Of a DNA stretch of 64,000 bases, positions 34,279 through 45,448 are shown one piece after another (positions within the stretch are counted from its first letter, which is position 1; every line of letters starts with the position of its first letter). The DNA comes from a virus. The notes beneath the pieces are model-generated. The model was not told the DNA's origin. It saw nothing but the letters and a program-made list of their open reading frames with translations, and did no database searches. The stretch spans positions 1 through 64,000 of the IMG/VR virus record IMGVR_UViG_3300027804_000049. The stretch is one strand, 5' to 3'. The position numbers and the translations under genes were made by a program.

Positions 34279-34500
34279 TTACGCGCCTAAGGCGCTAATC
34301 TCCGCCTGTAAGGCAGCGAGTTGTAAGTCGGCCTTTGCAATTACCTCGCTTGCAGACGCAACGTTAGCAGCGTCTGGAGTCTCAAGTGCATTTTCTGCAA
34401 CTAAAGATATCTGGGCATTGTACTTTGAGTACTCTACATTTTTAATGTGCGAATTTATAACCGCGATCTTTTCCTCAGTCGTTAACTCTACGGTTGACAC
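34279..34500 (-). CDS. Hypothetical helical protein
   Basis: GTG start, AGGAG SD. Confidence 0.6.
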   Translation of the reverse strand: MSTVELTTEEKIAVINSHIKNVEYSKYNAQISLVAENALETPDAANVASASEVIAKADLQLAALQAEISALGA

Positions 34501-34563
34501 CGTTTGTCTCCTTTGTCAATTTAACGTCCCTGTGACGTTAAAATCCTATACTGTTTTTACTTT

Positions 34564-34773
34564 TTATGTCTCTTCTTGAACACTTTGCTTAAGCTGTAAA
34601 AGAGCGTTTCTTTGAGACATGCGTTCGCTAAGCTTATTTTCAAACGAGGGGCTACCTTCCTTAGGCAAGTAACCTTCATCTACGTTTTTTTGTAGACTTG
34701 CAATTGCCGAGTCAAGAACATTTATTTGCTCGTCTATCATAGAAATTTTTATACTATTATCTAAATTTATCAT
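34564..34773 (-). CDS. Hypothetical helical protein
   Basis: ATG at 34773 just after the Fn3 gene stop. Confidence 0.55.
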   Translation of the reverse strand: MINLDNSIKISMIDEQINVLDSAIASLQKNVDEGYLPKEGSPSFENKLSERMSQRNALLQLKQSVQEET

Positions 34774-34775
34774 TT

Positions 34776-36461
34776 TTACGCCCAATTCGAGTAGCTAGAG
34801 TAACTTGACCAGCTGCTTCCACCATTGTTACTTGCACGTGCTCTTACCCTCCAAAACAGGTTGCTAACTCCTCCAGTTACCTTAGGTACCTTGAAGTTTT
34901 GCGCGTCTGACGTTGGGAGCGTTCCGCTCGAAGGGCGCGTTACGTTTGGCTGTCCGTTTGGAGTTGACCCGTTACTGCTTGGTTGACAGTCTAGTTGATA
35001 CACTATTGTTCCTGATCCTGAGGAGTCAGACCAGTCCGCGTCGTAATTGTAGTTGTCTAAAGTATTACCACCTGGATCATAGGTTAAAGTCGGTGTTCCT
35101 GGAGTTGAAGGCGCTGCAAGGCTTGAAAGAATAACGTTTGATCCTACCTCACTGGACGTTCCTGCCGCATTTGTTGCTGTAGCAAATGCCTTAAAATAGT
35201 AAGGAGGCGGAGACGCATCAACCGGTGTTACAGTGTACGAGACAGAGGAAGACGACGAGCTTACCTTAAGAACGTTAGATGTTGTTGGAGGATTAGACGT
35301 AGAGGCATATATTCTTAAATTGAATGACGTTGGAGAGTTTGACCAACCTGATGTTGTTGCAGTAATAGACGTATCCGCAACACCTGTTCCAGTTAAGGTA
35401 ACTGATCCGCCAGACGGAGGTGATAGTGGAGCAGCAACAGTTGCAGGATTAGAAAACGCTTGATTTGATCCTCCTGCGTTTGAGGCAGTTACACGACAAC
35501 GAATTGGGCTGTTGTAGAAAAGAGCAGAGAAAAAATTAGAAGGAGGAGAATAAGTAGAACTTGTTGCCCCTGATATACTTAGATACGTTGATCCTCCGTC
35601 GTTATACTGCCACTGATACGCAAAAGAAGTTGGTGAATTTGCCCATGTTCCAGTTGTGCACGAATACGTCGTAGTTCCGGCAGTTCCTGAAGAAGGCGTA
35701 ACAACTGGAGCATTTGCTCCACCCGTATTTACAGGTGCAGATACAGCATTAGGAGTCACAGAGTTAGAGGCAGCAGACGTGCCAGATGTGCCGTTGGCAT
35801 TTGTAGCAGACATTGTGAAAGTGTATGCTTGATTTACAACGTATGAGCCTGTAACTGTGATAGGACTTGACGTTCCACTGTAGCTAAGAGATATCGAAGG
35901 ACTCGACGTTATTGTAAGTGAAGACAGCGCTTTTCCACCAGTTGCACCTGAAAAACTTAGTGACACCTGAGTAGAGCTTGAAACGCTAGCACTTACAGTT
36001 GGAGTCTGAGGAACAGTGGTAGCAGTTGCACTAGCAGCAGACGAGGCAGTTCCTGTCCCTATTGCGTTTATTGCCGACACGCGATAATAATAAGTTTGAG
36101 CGCTTGTAAGACCTGTGTCAGTGTAAGTTGTAGATGTTGTAAAAGTATTTGCCACAAGGGTAGAGTACGTGACGCCGTTTGTCGAGCGCTCAATGAAGTA
36201 TCCTGTAATTGCAGAGCCGCCGTCACTTGGCGCAGTCCATGAAAGATCTATGCGACCGCTGTTATACGAGCGAGATGCTCCAACGTCTGTCGCGGTAAGA
36301 CCAGTAACTTGGCCTGGAGCAGTTAGTCCGCCAAAAAATGTTCTCCAGGTGCCAGACACCTTTACGTATCCGTCAGCTACATTTCTCCATGTTCCAGAAA
36401 CTTTTACATACAAATTTGTAAGAGTGTTCCATGACCCACTTGACTTAACATGCGCAGTCAT
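34776..36461 (-). CDS. Fibronectin type III / Ig-like tail-associated protein
   Basis: [28 protein letters not shown]; N-terminal YVKVSGTW repeats. Confidence 0.8.
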   Translation of the reverse strand: MTAHVKSSGSWNTLTNLYVKVSGTWRNVADGYVKVSGTWRTFFGGLTAPGQVTGLTATDVGASRSYNSGRIDLSWTAPSDGGSAITGYFIERSTNGVTYSTLVANTFTTSTTYTDTGLTSAQTYYYRVSAINAIGTGTASSAASATATTVPQTPTVSASVSSSTQVSLSFSGATGGKALSSLTITSSPSISLSYSGTSSPITVTGSYVVNQAYTFTMSATNANGTSGTSAASNSVTPNAVSAPVNTGGANAPVVTPSSGTAGTTTYSCTTGTWANSPTSFAYQWQYNDGGSTYLSISGATSSTYSPPSNFFSALFYNSPIRCRVTASNAGGSNQAFSNPATVAAPLSPPSGGSVTLTGTGVADTSITATTSGWSNSPTSFNLRIYASTSNPPTTSNVLKVSSSSSSVSYTVTPVDASPPPYYFKAFATATNAAGTSSEVGSNVILSSLAAPSTPGTPTLTYDPGGNTLDNYNYDADWSDSSGSGTIVYQLDCQPSSNGSTPNGQPNVTRPSSGTLPTSDAQNFKVPKVTGGVSNLFWRVRARASNNGGSSWSSYSSYSNWA

Positions 36462-36462
36462 C

Positions 36463-37617
36463 TTATGACCACCTTAACCAGACGTCTCCGTTAACTCCGT
36501 CGCCAGAGACAGGCGCTGCAGAGGACGCAAATGTGTTTCTTAATGAGCCAGACCCACCTGAAGTGTTACCTCCACTTGATTCAAGATACGGCGCGTTAGC
36601 AAGAGTTATTGAGTTGAAGGCGCCATCTAGAATTACAGCACCTGCATAAGACATTGTTAGTGACGAGTCACCTGATGTGATAACAACGCCGCCAGCTACG
36701 GCTGCTATGCTTCCGATCTGTGATCCGCTTACGTTAAATAAAATTGAATTACCAGTACCTGTTGGAGCTAGCGCGAGCCCTGTGCCGCCTGTATAGTTAG
36801 TAGACGTAAATGAAGAACCAGTAATAGCAGCACCAGTAATAGTACTTCCGCTTTGGATGCTGCCCTTAAATATAGCAGCGCCAGAAGATGCGCTAATTGA
36901 AAATGTAGAGCCGTTATCAGAACCAGTGCTTGTTGCATCAAAACCAGCGATACCTGCAGAGTTCATAACGATACGCGCGCCGGTTGTTGCCGAGCCGCCT
37001 GAGAAAACAGTTATACCGTTTGTATTTACCGCAGTTATCTGGTTGCTAGCATTTACAATTGTGCTTGCACTTGGTTGAAGTGAGGCTATAGCTGCGTTAT
37101 ACGCTGTTGTCGCGGCAGATGACGCAGCGGCCGAGTCTTGCGCTAGCTCCCAACTGTCGCCATCCCACGAGTACAGCTTATCGTTATCATTTGTGTCAAT
37201 CCAAAGATCGCCAATTTCATGAGCAGTGCCTGCTGGCGCATCGTTTTGATAGTAGCTAGCATTTTTAGAATCTGCCGTTGCCTGTGCAGTAGGGTCTGTT
37301 ACAGGAATGTAGTCTTCAAGGTTTTCGCTGTATACTTTTTGAGCGCCTGTAGTAGGGTCAACAACAGTTGTACCTTCTTTTTCGATGTCTGGGTCTGTAG
37401 CGGAAACTACCGTAACACCAAAGGCAGCCTCGTTTGCAGTTACCGCGTCTTCTTGAATTACCTTTGTTGTTACCGCACGAAAGCCAAGCTTCTCGGTTGT
37501 TACAACGTTGGTCTTAAGACGTTTTGCACCAGGTCGTTTTTCAATACGACGAACTTTACGCTCAACGCTTGTAAGAACCTTTCCTATGCCTTTACGACGT
37601 CTTCTTCTACTCGCCAA
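36463..37617 (-). CDS. Minor tail protein
   Basis: GDLWIDT..Y.WDG.W knob; C-terminal GDVWL; position after the baseplate hub gene. Confidence 0.65.
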   Translation of the reverse strand: MASRRRRRKGIGKVLTSVERKVRRIEKRPGAKRLKTNVVTTEKLGFRAVTTKVIQEDAVTANEAAFGVTVVSATDPDIEKEGTTVVDPTTGAQKVYSENLEDYIPVTDPTAQATADSKNASYYQNDAPAGTAHEIGDLWIDTNDNDKLYSWDGDSWELAQDSAAASSAATTAYNAAIASLQPSASTIVNASNQITAVNTNGITVFSGGSATTGARIVMNSAGIAGFDATSTGSDNGSTFSISASSGAAIFKGSIQSGSTITGAAITGSSFTSTNYTGGTGLALAPTGTGNSILFNVSGSQIGSIAAVAGGVVITSGDSSLTMSYAGAVILDGAFNSITLANAPYLESSGGNTSGGSGSLRNTFASSAAPVSGDGVNGDVWLRWS

Positions 37618-39574
37618 TCTTGTCCACCTCCGGCTCTGTCACTAGGGTAAGCTCAACTTCCTCGCCAAAACTTGGAGAGTCAGGAACAGAAACTTTATAT
37701 CCATCTATCTTTCTTATAATTACGGTGTCACGTGGTTCAAGATCTGTCTCAAGACGCATACGAACAAACTCGTCATTTACAATTATTGAGCACCAGTCTC
37801 CAGGAAGGTACTCTCCTATTCTTGGACTAAGCGAGCCATTTACACGCACACGTATATCTGAAATTGGTGGACGAGACTCGGCTAAGTATCTTTCCGCGTG
37901 CGCGTATAAGGCGTCTTCCTCAGATACCTCATTACGTGTTTCCTCCGCGTCTAAAAGTGGCCAACCATCTTGTAATAAATCAGTTGCAGTTGCAACTGCG
38001 TAAGGCTGAGATGCGTCATCTCCAAGATCTGGAATGTTTCCAACAACAAAGAAGCGTGTTGCTGCGTCCTCTGCGTTTTCGTCCATAGTTACATCAATGA
38101 TGTTTCCAGGATACTCAAAAACAATCTCGTCTGCGCCGTATCTGCTTGGAGGCGCCGCCTGTCCTTCAGCAGGAGGATTTGGGTAGTCGATAGCTATAAG
38201 AACAAATGTGCGAGTAAACACAGGAATGCCTCCTACGTACTCGAGATCACAGTCTACGCGAAACTCAAAGCCGTCTACCGTGTCTGAGTACTCGTCAAGC
38301 TCTTCTCCAACTGAACGCAACTCATATCCGCGATATGTAGTATTAGGAACATTTCTTCCACTGTAAGACTCCGTCGAGTACTCTATATCTAAATCAGAGT
38401 TTCCAGGATACGGTCCGTATGTTCCAATACTTACAGTAGGTTGAACTACAGCAGTCCCGCCTGCAACTGCTGTTTGCTCTAAATCGCTATCAGCAACATC
38501 AATGGTAAAAGTTGTAGAAGTAGGAGTTGAAAAAATGTCAAAGTATCCATCAAATGTAGAAATAAAGTCAGTAGAGGTATCTACTCCGGATAATCTAACA
38601 GTCTGCCCTACGCTAAATCCATGAGCTGCAGACGTAGTTATAGTTCCTATAAAGTCTTCTATCTTCTTAAAGGTTACAGTTCTTGTTATCGTAGATACGG
38701 ATGTAAATGATGATGAATCAATTGTAAATGTAGTAGCAGTAGGAGTAGCTACTACGTCCCATACTCCATTGAAAGTAGAGTTAACATTATAGATCTCTAC
38801 AGACTGAGTAGGAATTAGCTCGTGAGCGGAAGCTGTAGTTATAGTTGTAACTCCACCTGGAGCAGTGATAGACGTAATTTGCAGATCGTTAGTTTGTGCA
38901 GGCTCAATATCTGTGTTAGGAAACGAGATACCGCTAAAGTCAACAAGAATTTCGTCAAGAAGCTGGCGCACGTAGTCATACGTATCTACACGAACATTGA
39001 CTGTTACACCTTCATAAGTTCCATTTGGTATCGATGTTCCAGTTATCGTAAATGAGTCAGCGGTAGGAGCGCTTGCCACAGTGTAGTATCCACTATATTG
39101 AAAATCTCCAATCTCTGGAAAGGACAGGCGAACACTCGAGCCAACAGGGAACCCGTACTCAAATGCATCTAGCGTTGCAGTAACTGTTCCACTAGATACA
39201 ACAAGAGTGGCTCCAAAATCGTGAGTCCAGGTCTTCCAAATATTTCTATGATACAGATAGCTGGTAAACTCAGATGCATTAACGCTTAATATTCTGTCTA
39301 CAACGTTATATGAGCGACTCCATATGATTCCGCCCCAAATGCAAACTCCGTCACGCACTACATATAGTCCTGTCTTACCAGGCATTGTGCTGTTGTACAA
39401 GTCCATTCCAGTGTTACTTGGTAAAACTGGAATCGTGCCTGAAAAACTACCTGCTGAATTTAGCACTCGCTCAAAGGATACACCTTTGAAGGGAATCTCT
39501 GCTAGTATATCATTAGATAGAAGATTGGTTGTAAAATAGCGATAGTCAGCTGAAATCGTGTCGGTAGCTACCAT
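37607..39574 (-). CDS. Minor tail / baseplate hub protein (Gp37-like) with three inserted beta domains
   Basis: LNSAGSFSG..WGGIIW..R; follows the distal tail gene. Confidence 0.72.
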   Translation of the reverse strand: MVATDTISADYRYFTTNLLSNDILAEIPFKGVSFERVLNSAGSFSGTIPVLPSNTGMDLYNSTMPGKTGLYVVRDGVCIWGGIIWSRSYNVVDRILSVNASEFTSYLYHRNIWKTWTHDFGATLVVSSGTVTATLDAFEYGFPVGSSVRLSFPEIGDFQYSGYYTVASAPTADSFTITGTSIPNGTYEGVTVNVRVDTYDYVRQLLDEILVDFSGISFPNTDIEPAQTNDLQITSITAPGGVTTITTASAHELIPTQSVEIYNVNSTFNGVWDVVATPTATTFTIDSSSFTSVSTITRTVTFKKIEDFIGTITTSAAHGFSVGQTVRLSGVDTSTDFISTFDGYFDIFSTPTSTTFTIDVADSDLEQTAVAGGTAVVQPTVSIGTYGPYPGNSDLDIEYSTESYSGRNVPNTTYRGYELRSVGEELDEYSDTVDGFEFRVDCDLEYVGGIPVFTRTFVLIAIDYPNPPAEGQAAPPSRYGADEIVFEYPGNIIDVTMDENAEDAATRFFVVGNIPDLGDDASQPYAVATATDLLQDGWPLLDAEETRNEVSEEDALYAHAERYLAESRPPISDIRVRVNGSLSPRIGEYLPGDWCSIIVNDEFVRMRLETDLEPRDTVIIRKIDGYKVSVPDSPSFGEEVELTLVTEPEVDKIGE

Positions 39575-39619
39575 GTTACACCTCGCTGAGTAAATTCGTC
39601 ATTACAAAACATTTAGTAT

Positions 39620-41032
39620 CTATCCTAGCCAAGCTGAGCGATAATACACCGTAAGTACCGCCTCGCTTGTCGCATCTCCATCATCTTCAAACGATATTAC
39701 GTTATCTCCAGGCGCAAGAAGAATCCACTCTGCAAGAACATCAATTAGGTTGCGCTTACCTACCGCATCACCGTCAAGTGCTACCTCATGCTCTAAGGTA
39801 TCAATCTCTAAAATTTCACCTGCACCAATTGACTCGATGATAGTTATAGACTCATTTGTTGTCTCGTTAATTATTTCAGCAGGGCCAGTAACAGGTCCCG
39901 CAATTGAAAGAACAACTGGAGCATAGGCATTACCGGTGTTTGTTATTGTAGCCTTTCCAGTAGCTGAAGTAGATGTATTCTTTCCTGGAATTACCGTTGA
40001 GCGATAGCCAAGCTCGTTACCTGCAAACCACTCGTACTTTAAGGGGTCTGGTGCCCTTAATCCGATAGAGAACTCTGTGCGACCGCGTTCGTTTACCGTG
40101 TTTATCTCTGGGCGCCCTGAGAGTCGAACGTAGGACGCCTTAGTGGGCTCCTCATTTGTCTTTAACCAGTCACCTACGTAAACAAGATCGGTGTTTGTAA
40201 TTAACTTGTCACGCGCTATCTTTACGTAACTTGGACTTGGTGGTAAAAAGACTCCATTAAGTGTAATTTGTCTTGCCGTGTATCTTCCGCGTACATCGTA
40301 TGATCCGTCTCCCCAGCCGCGAGGAATATCCTCAATATCTGGCTCAGGATGATTCCACCAACCTTCTATATCGGTGCAGATCCAAACTACGCCGTCCTCA
40401 TCAATTGTATTAAGAACTAGTGAGCCAATACTTACATCCGCATTTAACTTTAGCCCCGTGATCTTTGGATACGGAACTGGGCGAAACGCTTGATTTACCT
40501 TTTGATTTTCCTGAGCTTGATTTGGCTCGTCTACATACTCGTTTAGATAGGTTGCCTGCTCAAAAAGAACGGCATCAACTAAAAATTTCTGCGCTGCAGT
40601 TCCAGCAACTGGTTGAACTACGCGAACTAACGCACTTAATGCGCCTACAGGCGCGGTAAATACTCCAGTAAGTCTTACCCAGTCGTCTCCTCCAATAACC
40701 TCAAGTTGAATAGAGTTTGAGGTCGATATTACTGATCCTGCAGTTGCAGAGTTATACCAAATAACGTCAGCTGATAAAGTTCCTGTTTGAGCTGCAGCAG
40801 GTATCTTTACATACGCTCCTAATGCGTAGGAAAGACCTGCTGTAACAAGAATACGGTCTGCGGTAACAACACCAGAGTTAGACGCTGCTGCCTTTGTAAC
40901 CTCAAGAGATGATGAACCGTAGAAGTACTCGTTTGTAATACGTGCGATGGCGCTTGAGCCAGTGGCGGACCAGCCTGTGGTGTTGGTCTTAAATGACGGG
41001 TTAACTATAAGGTTATTACGGTCTGCCATCAT
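39620..41032 (-). CDS. Distal tail protein with N-terminal carbohydrate-binding-like domain
   Basis: NLIVNPSF..GW; RQITL.G, APDP.KY, LAPGDN, YRSAW; directly after tape measure. Confidence 0.78.
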   Translation of the reverse strand: MMADRNNLIVNPSFKTNTTGWSATGSSAIARITNEYFYGSSSLEVTKAAASNSGVVTADRILVTAGLSYALGAYVKIPAAAQTGTLSADVIWYNSATAGSVISTSNSIQLEVIGGDDWVRLTGVFTAPVGALSALVRVVQPVAGTAAQKFLVDAVLFEQATYLNEYVDEPNQAQENQKVNQAFRPVPYPKITGLKLNADVSIGSLVLNTIDEDGVVWICTDIEGWWNHPEPDIEDIPRGWGDGSYDVRGRYTARQITLNGVFLPPSPSYVKIARDKLITNTDLVYVGDWLKTNEEPTKASYVRLSGRPEINTVNERGRTEFSIGLRAPDPLKYEWFAGNELGYRSTVIPGKNTSTSATGKATITNTGNAYAPVVLSIAGPVTGPAEIINETTNESITIIESIGAGEILEIDTLEHEVALDGDAVGKRNLIDVLAEWILLAPGDNVISFEDDGDATSEAVLTVYYRSAWLG

Positions 41033-44000
41033 GCGCCTCCGCGTCGTAGTCTAAATGCAAGGGTTCTGTCAATCATCGCCGCGAGTTCTGACTCATTCAT
41101 ACCAGCTGATGGATATACGTTTATGATGTTTGAAGGGCCGCCTCTTCCAGCAAGTTGTGCAACAATTGCTCTATCTCTACGAGATAGACCTTGCTCGTCA
41201 AGTGGCTCAATACGCTCAGGGCGACCAGCCTCGGCAACACGAACTATTGCTCCGCCTGGTTGAGGCTGAATGACTCCGCCTTCTGCGAAGCCAGGAATTG
41301 GTGGAATGGCAAAACCTTTACCGCCAAGACCTGGAACCCAGTTAGGAACTGTAAACTTTATCTTTGCAAATGTGTTATTCCACAAACGAGCAATCCATGA
41401 AAATGCTCTTTCAGCTGCGTTCATTATGGAGTTAAATATTGGAATATTACTAAGTGCTTCCTTCGCGTTGTTCCAAATTGCCTTTAAGCCATTAACAATG
41501 AACTTGCCTAACGCGCCAAAAATTGTCTTTAGCCCTTCAATAGGGTTTCCAGTGATGATCTCCCAAAGGCCTTTTACAATACGTATTGCTAGAGCTATTG
41601 CCTCTGCAAAAATATCTATCGCGTTAGTCAACACGAACTGGAATATTGGAACAATATATTTTCCTATAAAGTCACCAATTTTCTTAAAAATTTCTCCAAA
41701 TCCTTCAAATACTGGCGCTAACTCGCTTAATGCTTCTTTTACAGTATCAAAAGCTCCTTTAAGCGCACTCCCAACTGCATCAATAAGCTTTGCAACAGCT
41801 TCCCTAAATATCTCGCTTTTATTGTAGGCAATAACTATCACCGCAACGACCGCGGCTATAGCCGCTGCTATAAGGACAAGCGGTCCAACTGCAACTCCTG
41901 TTACCACGCTTAAAAATCCAAAACCGGCTTTTATAAGCGTAATCGCGCCACTTAACTTACTAAACACTCCAACAACATTTAGTATTGTTCCACTAATTAC
42001 GAAGAATCCAAATTTTACTACAGCAATTATTAGGCCTAAAGCGGAGAAGAACGCAAGAATGCGAGCTCCAGTGTCAAATAACTTCTTGATGGCAGGATCA
42101 GATAGTATGTTAACTACTACGCTAAGAGCGGTGTTAAGAGTATTAAAGAACGTCTGTATCGCACCAGAAGATAACGTCACCTCTATGAACTTCGTTAACG
42201 TGACAAGAAATTCTGCAAAGGCAGGACCTGCTGAGTTTAGTCCAGTAAGAATATTGCCAAATGAAGGAGCTGCCTGCTTTAAGGTGTCCCAGAACTTACC
42301 TACGTTTGGATCTGCTCCTGCTTTTAGAATCTCCTTGATAAAGGCGCCTATTGATGAAAGTGCCTTTGTTGCATTTATCGTAGTCTCTCTTAGCCAGTCA
42401 GCTCCCGCTGGCTTTTCAAAGAATTTCTCAAATCCAGCGGTAACTTCAGTTAGCCAATCGATTATTACGTATCCTCCGCCACCTGGAGTAAACGCTGATT
42501 TGATAACATTAACTATTCCACTTACAGCGTTTCCAAATATTCCACCAATACTCGCAGCTATATCACCGTACTTCTTAAAGAATGCATCGAGCTCGCCAGA
42601 TGCCTGCTTAGTGTCTAAAAACTTAGCAAACTCGCCTGTCTTCTTCTCGAGGAAGTCAACAAAGCGCCTTGTTTGTGAGTCTGCTCCAACAAGAAGTGAA
42701 AGAATAGAGTCGTATGTGTTTCCAAAAACCTTACCGAATCCTCTGACCACATACTCTGAGGTCTTAAATACCTTAGCCAGGTCTAGCTTATTTTCAACAT
42801 CAACTATTGAGTCAACGATACTATTAAACGCATCTGCAACAGCTTCTGCAAGTCCTTTAAACAGTGGTTCTAACTCTGGAAAAAGTTCATCTTTTAGTCT
42901 TCTTAATCCATCTTCTAATCCTGGAAAAAGCCCTGCCGCGGCTGCGTCTCGCAATTTCTTTAACGCTGGTGCAAATTCATTTACTATAAACTTTACAAAG
43001 TCCTGTGCTTCCTTAGAGAGACCGCTAAGAGAATCAGCAAAAGCGTCTGCGCCAGCTGCACCAGACCCTGCGTCCTTAGCTTCCTCTTGGGCACGTAAGG
43101 CGTCTCGCTCTGCGCGTGCCTTTGCCTTTGCTGCCTGTTGAACACTCTTAAACGCGTCTTGCGCAGTGTCTGTTGCTGAGATAAGACGGAGAAGACCTTC
43201 GTCTTGCACGTCTGGAAAAGTTGCCTTTGCTACATTAAGAAGCTCGTCACTAACGCCTTTACTTTTTTCTACAAGGTTAGTCTGCTGCTGCTGCAAGTCT
43301 TTGTTGCGATCCTTAGACTTTCTATAGTTTAGCTCTGCCTCAGCAAATGCAAGTTGCGCTTCTCTACGAGCACGAGAGTTAGGTGGTAGGTCCTGAACAC
43401 GAGCTAAAGTTTCACGTGCCTTTTCAAGCTCGATTGCTGCTTTCTTTTCACTGATTGCTGCGTCCTCTGCATCAAATCCAAGTTGCTGCAGCTCTTCGCG
43501 ACCGTCTTTAAGAGCTTCATTAAGATCTTCTTGTGCCTCAGTAAGTCTTTCATCTGCGTCTACTAGATTCTCTTGAGCAGATTCAATTCTACGTAATGCT
43601 GCAATCTTAGCGCTGGCATCCGCTTTTGCACCGGCGGATGATTTTTTAAGTCCTGCTGATATGGCATTACTTACACCTGAAAACGCAGAAGCAGTTACAA
43701 GTGCAGCCAACCCTAAGGAGGTGAATATGCCAAGAAGAGAAGTTAATGAAGGTATTAGTGCTCCCGCTGCTGCGACTAAAGATAAGAATCCGCCAGCTAA
43801 TGAACCAACAGATGACACAAGTACAGACAGGGCTGGTCCTAACGTGTATCCAGTTCTAATAAGACTTTGAAAACTTCTTCTCGCTGCTAGTGCCCTTGCA
43901 GAAAAATCAGAAAAAGATCTTATTAAATTTTTTCCCATGCCATCAGAGAAGCCATTAGAAAAATTTTGTCCGATTCTGCGTCCGTCACCATCTAAGTTTA

Positions 44001-44085
44001 TATTTTTAGCTGCGTTACGAACTTCTTTTTCAAATCCTGTTGTAATTGCACGAACAACGATGTAAGCATCACCTACTATTGCCAT
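41029..44085 (-). CDS. Tape measure protein (1018 aa)
   Basis: Ala/Gly/Leu-rich, periodic F/W, hydrophobic segments, position after the chaperones. Confidence 0.9.
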   Translation of the reverse strand: MAIVGDAYIVVRAITTGFEKEVRNAAKNINLDGDGRRIGQNFSNGFSDGMGKNLIRSFSDFSARALAARRSFQSLIRTGYTLGPALSVLVSSVGSLAGGFLSLVAAAGALIPSLTSLLGIFTSLGLAALVTASAFSGVSNAISAGLKKSSAGAKADASAKIAALRRIESAQENLVDADERLTEAQEDLNEALKDGREELQQLGFDAEDAAISEKKAAIELEKARETLARVQDLPPNSRARREAQLAFAEAELNYRKSKDRNKDLQQQQTNLVEKSKGVSDELLNVAKATFPDVQDEGLLRLISATDTAQDAFKSVQQAAKAKARAERDALRAQEEAKDAGSGAAGADAFADSLSGLSKEAQDFVKFIVNEFAPALKKLRDAAAAGLFPGLEDGLRRLKDELFPELEPLFKGLAEAVADAFNSIVDSIVDVENKLDLAKVFKTSEYVVRGFGKVFGNTYDSILSLLVGADSQTRRFVDFLEKKTGEFAKFLDTKQASGELDAFFKKYGDIAASIGGIFGNAVSGIVNVIKSAFTPGGGGYVIIDWLTEVTAGFEKFFEKPAGADWLRETTINATKALSSIGAFIKEILKAGADPNVGKFWDTLKQAAPSFGNILTGLNSAGPAFAEFLVTLTKFIEVTLSSGAIQTFFNTLNTALSVVVNILSDPAIKKLFDTGARILAFFSALGLIIAVVKFGFFVISGTILNVVGVFSKLSGAITLIKAGFGFLSVVTGVAVGPLVLIAAAIAAVVAVIVIAYNKSEIFREAVAKLIDAVGSALKGAFDTVKEALSELAPVFEGFGEIFKKIGDFIGKYIVPIFQFVLTNAIDIFAEAIALAIRIVKGLWEIITGNPIEGLKTIFGALGKFIVNGLKAIWNNAKEALSNIPIFNSIMNAAERAFSWIARLWNNTFAKIKFTVPNWVPGLGGKGFAIPPIPGFAEGGVIQPQPGGAIVRVAEAGRPERIEPLDEQGLSRRDRAIVAQLAGRGGPSNIINVYPSAGMNESELAAMIDRTLAFRLRRGGA

Positions 44086-44119
44086 ATATTCACCTCCCTT
44101 CTTTTAATTTTCATTGCTG

Positions 44120-44548
44120 TTAGCCTAACGGTCCTTCTAATGCAGAGCCAAATGGTAAAGGTGATCTAGCATTAACTGGTGTTGGCGGTACGAAAGGCTT
44201 GGTTGGTTTGTTCTTTTGAAGTGGATCAAAAGGAACAATCCCCTCTTCAGCTATATCAAAATTCTTTGATGTTACTCCAGACGAGCTAGCAGAATTTGCA
44301 GTTGCAACTGCATACGCGTATTCTGACTCATAGAACTCTTGATATATCTGTTGACGTGCACGGTCACGTCCTTCCGCCTGCTCTGCAGACGAATAGAACA
44401 TGTCCTCTTCAAAGAAGTAATGAATCACATCAAGCATGTCGCGTGATTCCATCTCTGCGAGTCTGATTCCGTTCACGATAGCCTTTCCATTAACATAGGG
44501 CCAGAGATCTACGCACCAGTGGAGGAGACTTCTGGCCCCTCGGTAGGG
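44120..44548 (-). CDS. Tail assembly chaperone, -1 frame extension (GT-like)
   Basis: The -1 frame is open across the 3' end of the chaperone gene (PYRGARSLLHWCVDLWPYVNG...) into ORF 44120..44476. Confidence 0.6.
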   Translation of the reverse strand, partial: PYRGARSLLHWCVDLWPYVNGKAIVNGIRLAEMESRDMLDVIHYFFEEDMFYSSAEQAEGRDRARQQIYQEFYESEYAYAVATANSASSSGVTSKNFDIAEEGIVPFDPLQKNKPTKPFVPPTPVNARSPLPFGSALEGPLG

Positions 44549-44859
44549 CGCGATGTATACACCTCGACAAGCCAGGCGCTAATTTGCCCAAGAGTATCAA
44601 CTGAAACGATCTTGTCTTCGTCTGTTAAAAGAGAGTCAAAGCGTGAGTAGCTTTCATCAACGAGAACATTTTTAAAGAAGTCGCTAATTGTTTTTGCTGC
44701 GTCTGCTGGATCATCTCCGCTTGAACGAGCAACTAAGTTTAAAAGTACCTTACCTTGCAACTCTGGACGACAATTAAATGTCTCTCCATAGATCATAAAC
44801 GTTACTGGTTCTTTTTCTCCAGCTTGCGTTCCCGAACCGAAGTCCTTGAACTTTGCCAT
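44509..44859 (-). CDS. Tail assembly chaperone (G-like)
   Basis: Position before tape measure; ends ..WL.E.YT.RPT.. Confidence 0.75.
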   Translation of the reverse strand: MAKFKDFGSGTQAGEKEPVTFMIYGETFNCRPELQGKVLLNLVARSSGDDPADAAKTISDFFKNVLVDESYSRFDSLLTDEDKIVSVDTLGQISAWLVEVYTSRPTEGPEVSSTGA

Positions 44860-44917
44860 ATCTTTCTTCCTCCGTATTGTGTTAGTGTCTTTATTAAGAC
44901 GGTTGTCTCAACTCTAG

Positions 44918-45448
44918 TTATCTTATCAAGTAAAGGTTGTCTGTTAGATACTTATTAGGCTTAGTTCCAGGGTGTCTCACTACGCGAGTATAGACGATTC
45001 TACCTCTAGAAGAAAAGCGCAGTGTCTCTGCTCTTTTAGGAACAATTATGTGTGGACGTGCTCCTTCGTGATGTACTAAAGCGTACTTTAGAGGTGATCC
45101 AACTTTTACCTGCTGTCCAGGACCTCTACGACTATGCTCTATTTCAAGTGAAGCTTTTAGTTTTCCAGTTTTTACGCCTACTTGAGATCTTGCAGCTATA
45201 AGAACTCGTAATCCACGTCCGTATAGATACCTTCCTACAGGTCCAGAAGGACTATTTAAGAATTTGTCTAAGACCGGGCGACGAAAAACTATTCCTGAAA
45301 AAGATAAGCTGATACGCGTTGATCCACGGCCGCCACCGCCAAAGGCAGAGCGAAATTGCCTTGGACTATTTAATCTTCTTGCTCGACGAGCATACCTTTG
45401 TCCAAAATAGATTATAGGACTGTCATTTATTAGACCAAATAAAGGCAT
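44918..45448 (-). CDS. HK97 gp10-like tail completion/neck protein
   Basis: V.TG.L..S, YA..HHEG.RPH.I.P, V.HPGT.PN.YL. Confidence 0.7.
   Translation of the reverse strand: MPLFGLINDSPIIYFGQRYARRARRLNSPRQFRSAFGGGGRGSTRISLSFSGIVFRRPVLDKFLNSPSGPVGRYLYGRGLRVLIAARSQVGVKTGKLKASLEIEHSRRGPGQQVKVGSPLKYALVHHEGARPHIIVPKRAETLRFSSRGRIVYTRVVRHPGTKPNKYLTDNLYLIR

Noticed and set aside
34520-34542. 9-bp inverted repeat TTTAACGTC/GACGTTAAA as an operator
   Set aside because: Single occurrence; cannot be distinguished from a simple hairpin
41270-43141. Long + strand ORFs (185 and 360 aa)
   Set aside because: Antisense to the tape measure gene; no independent motifs
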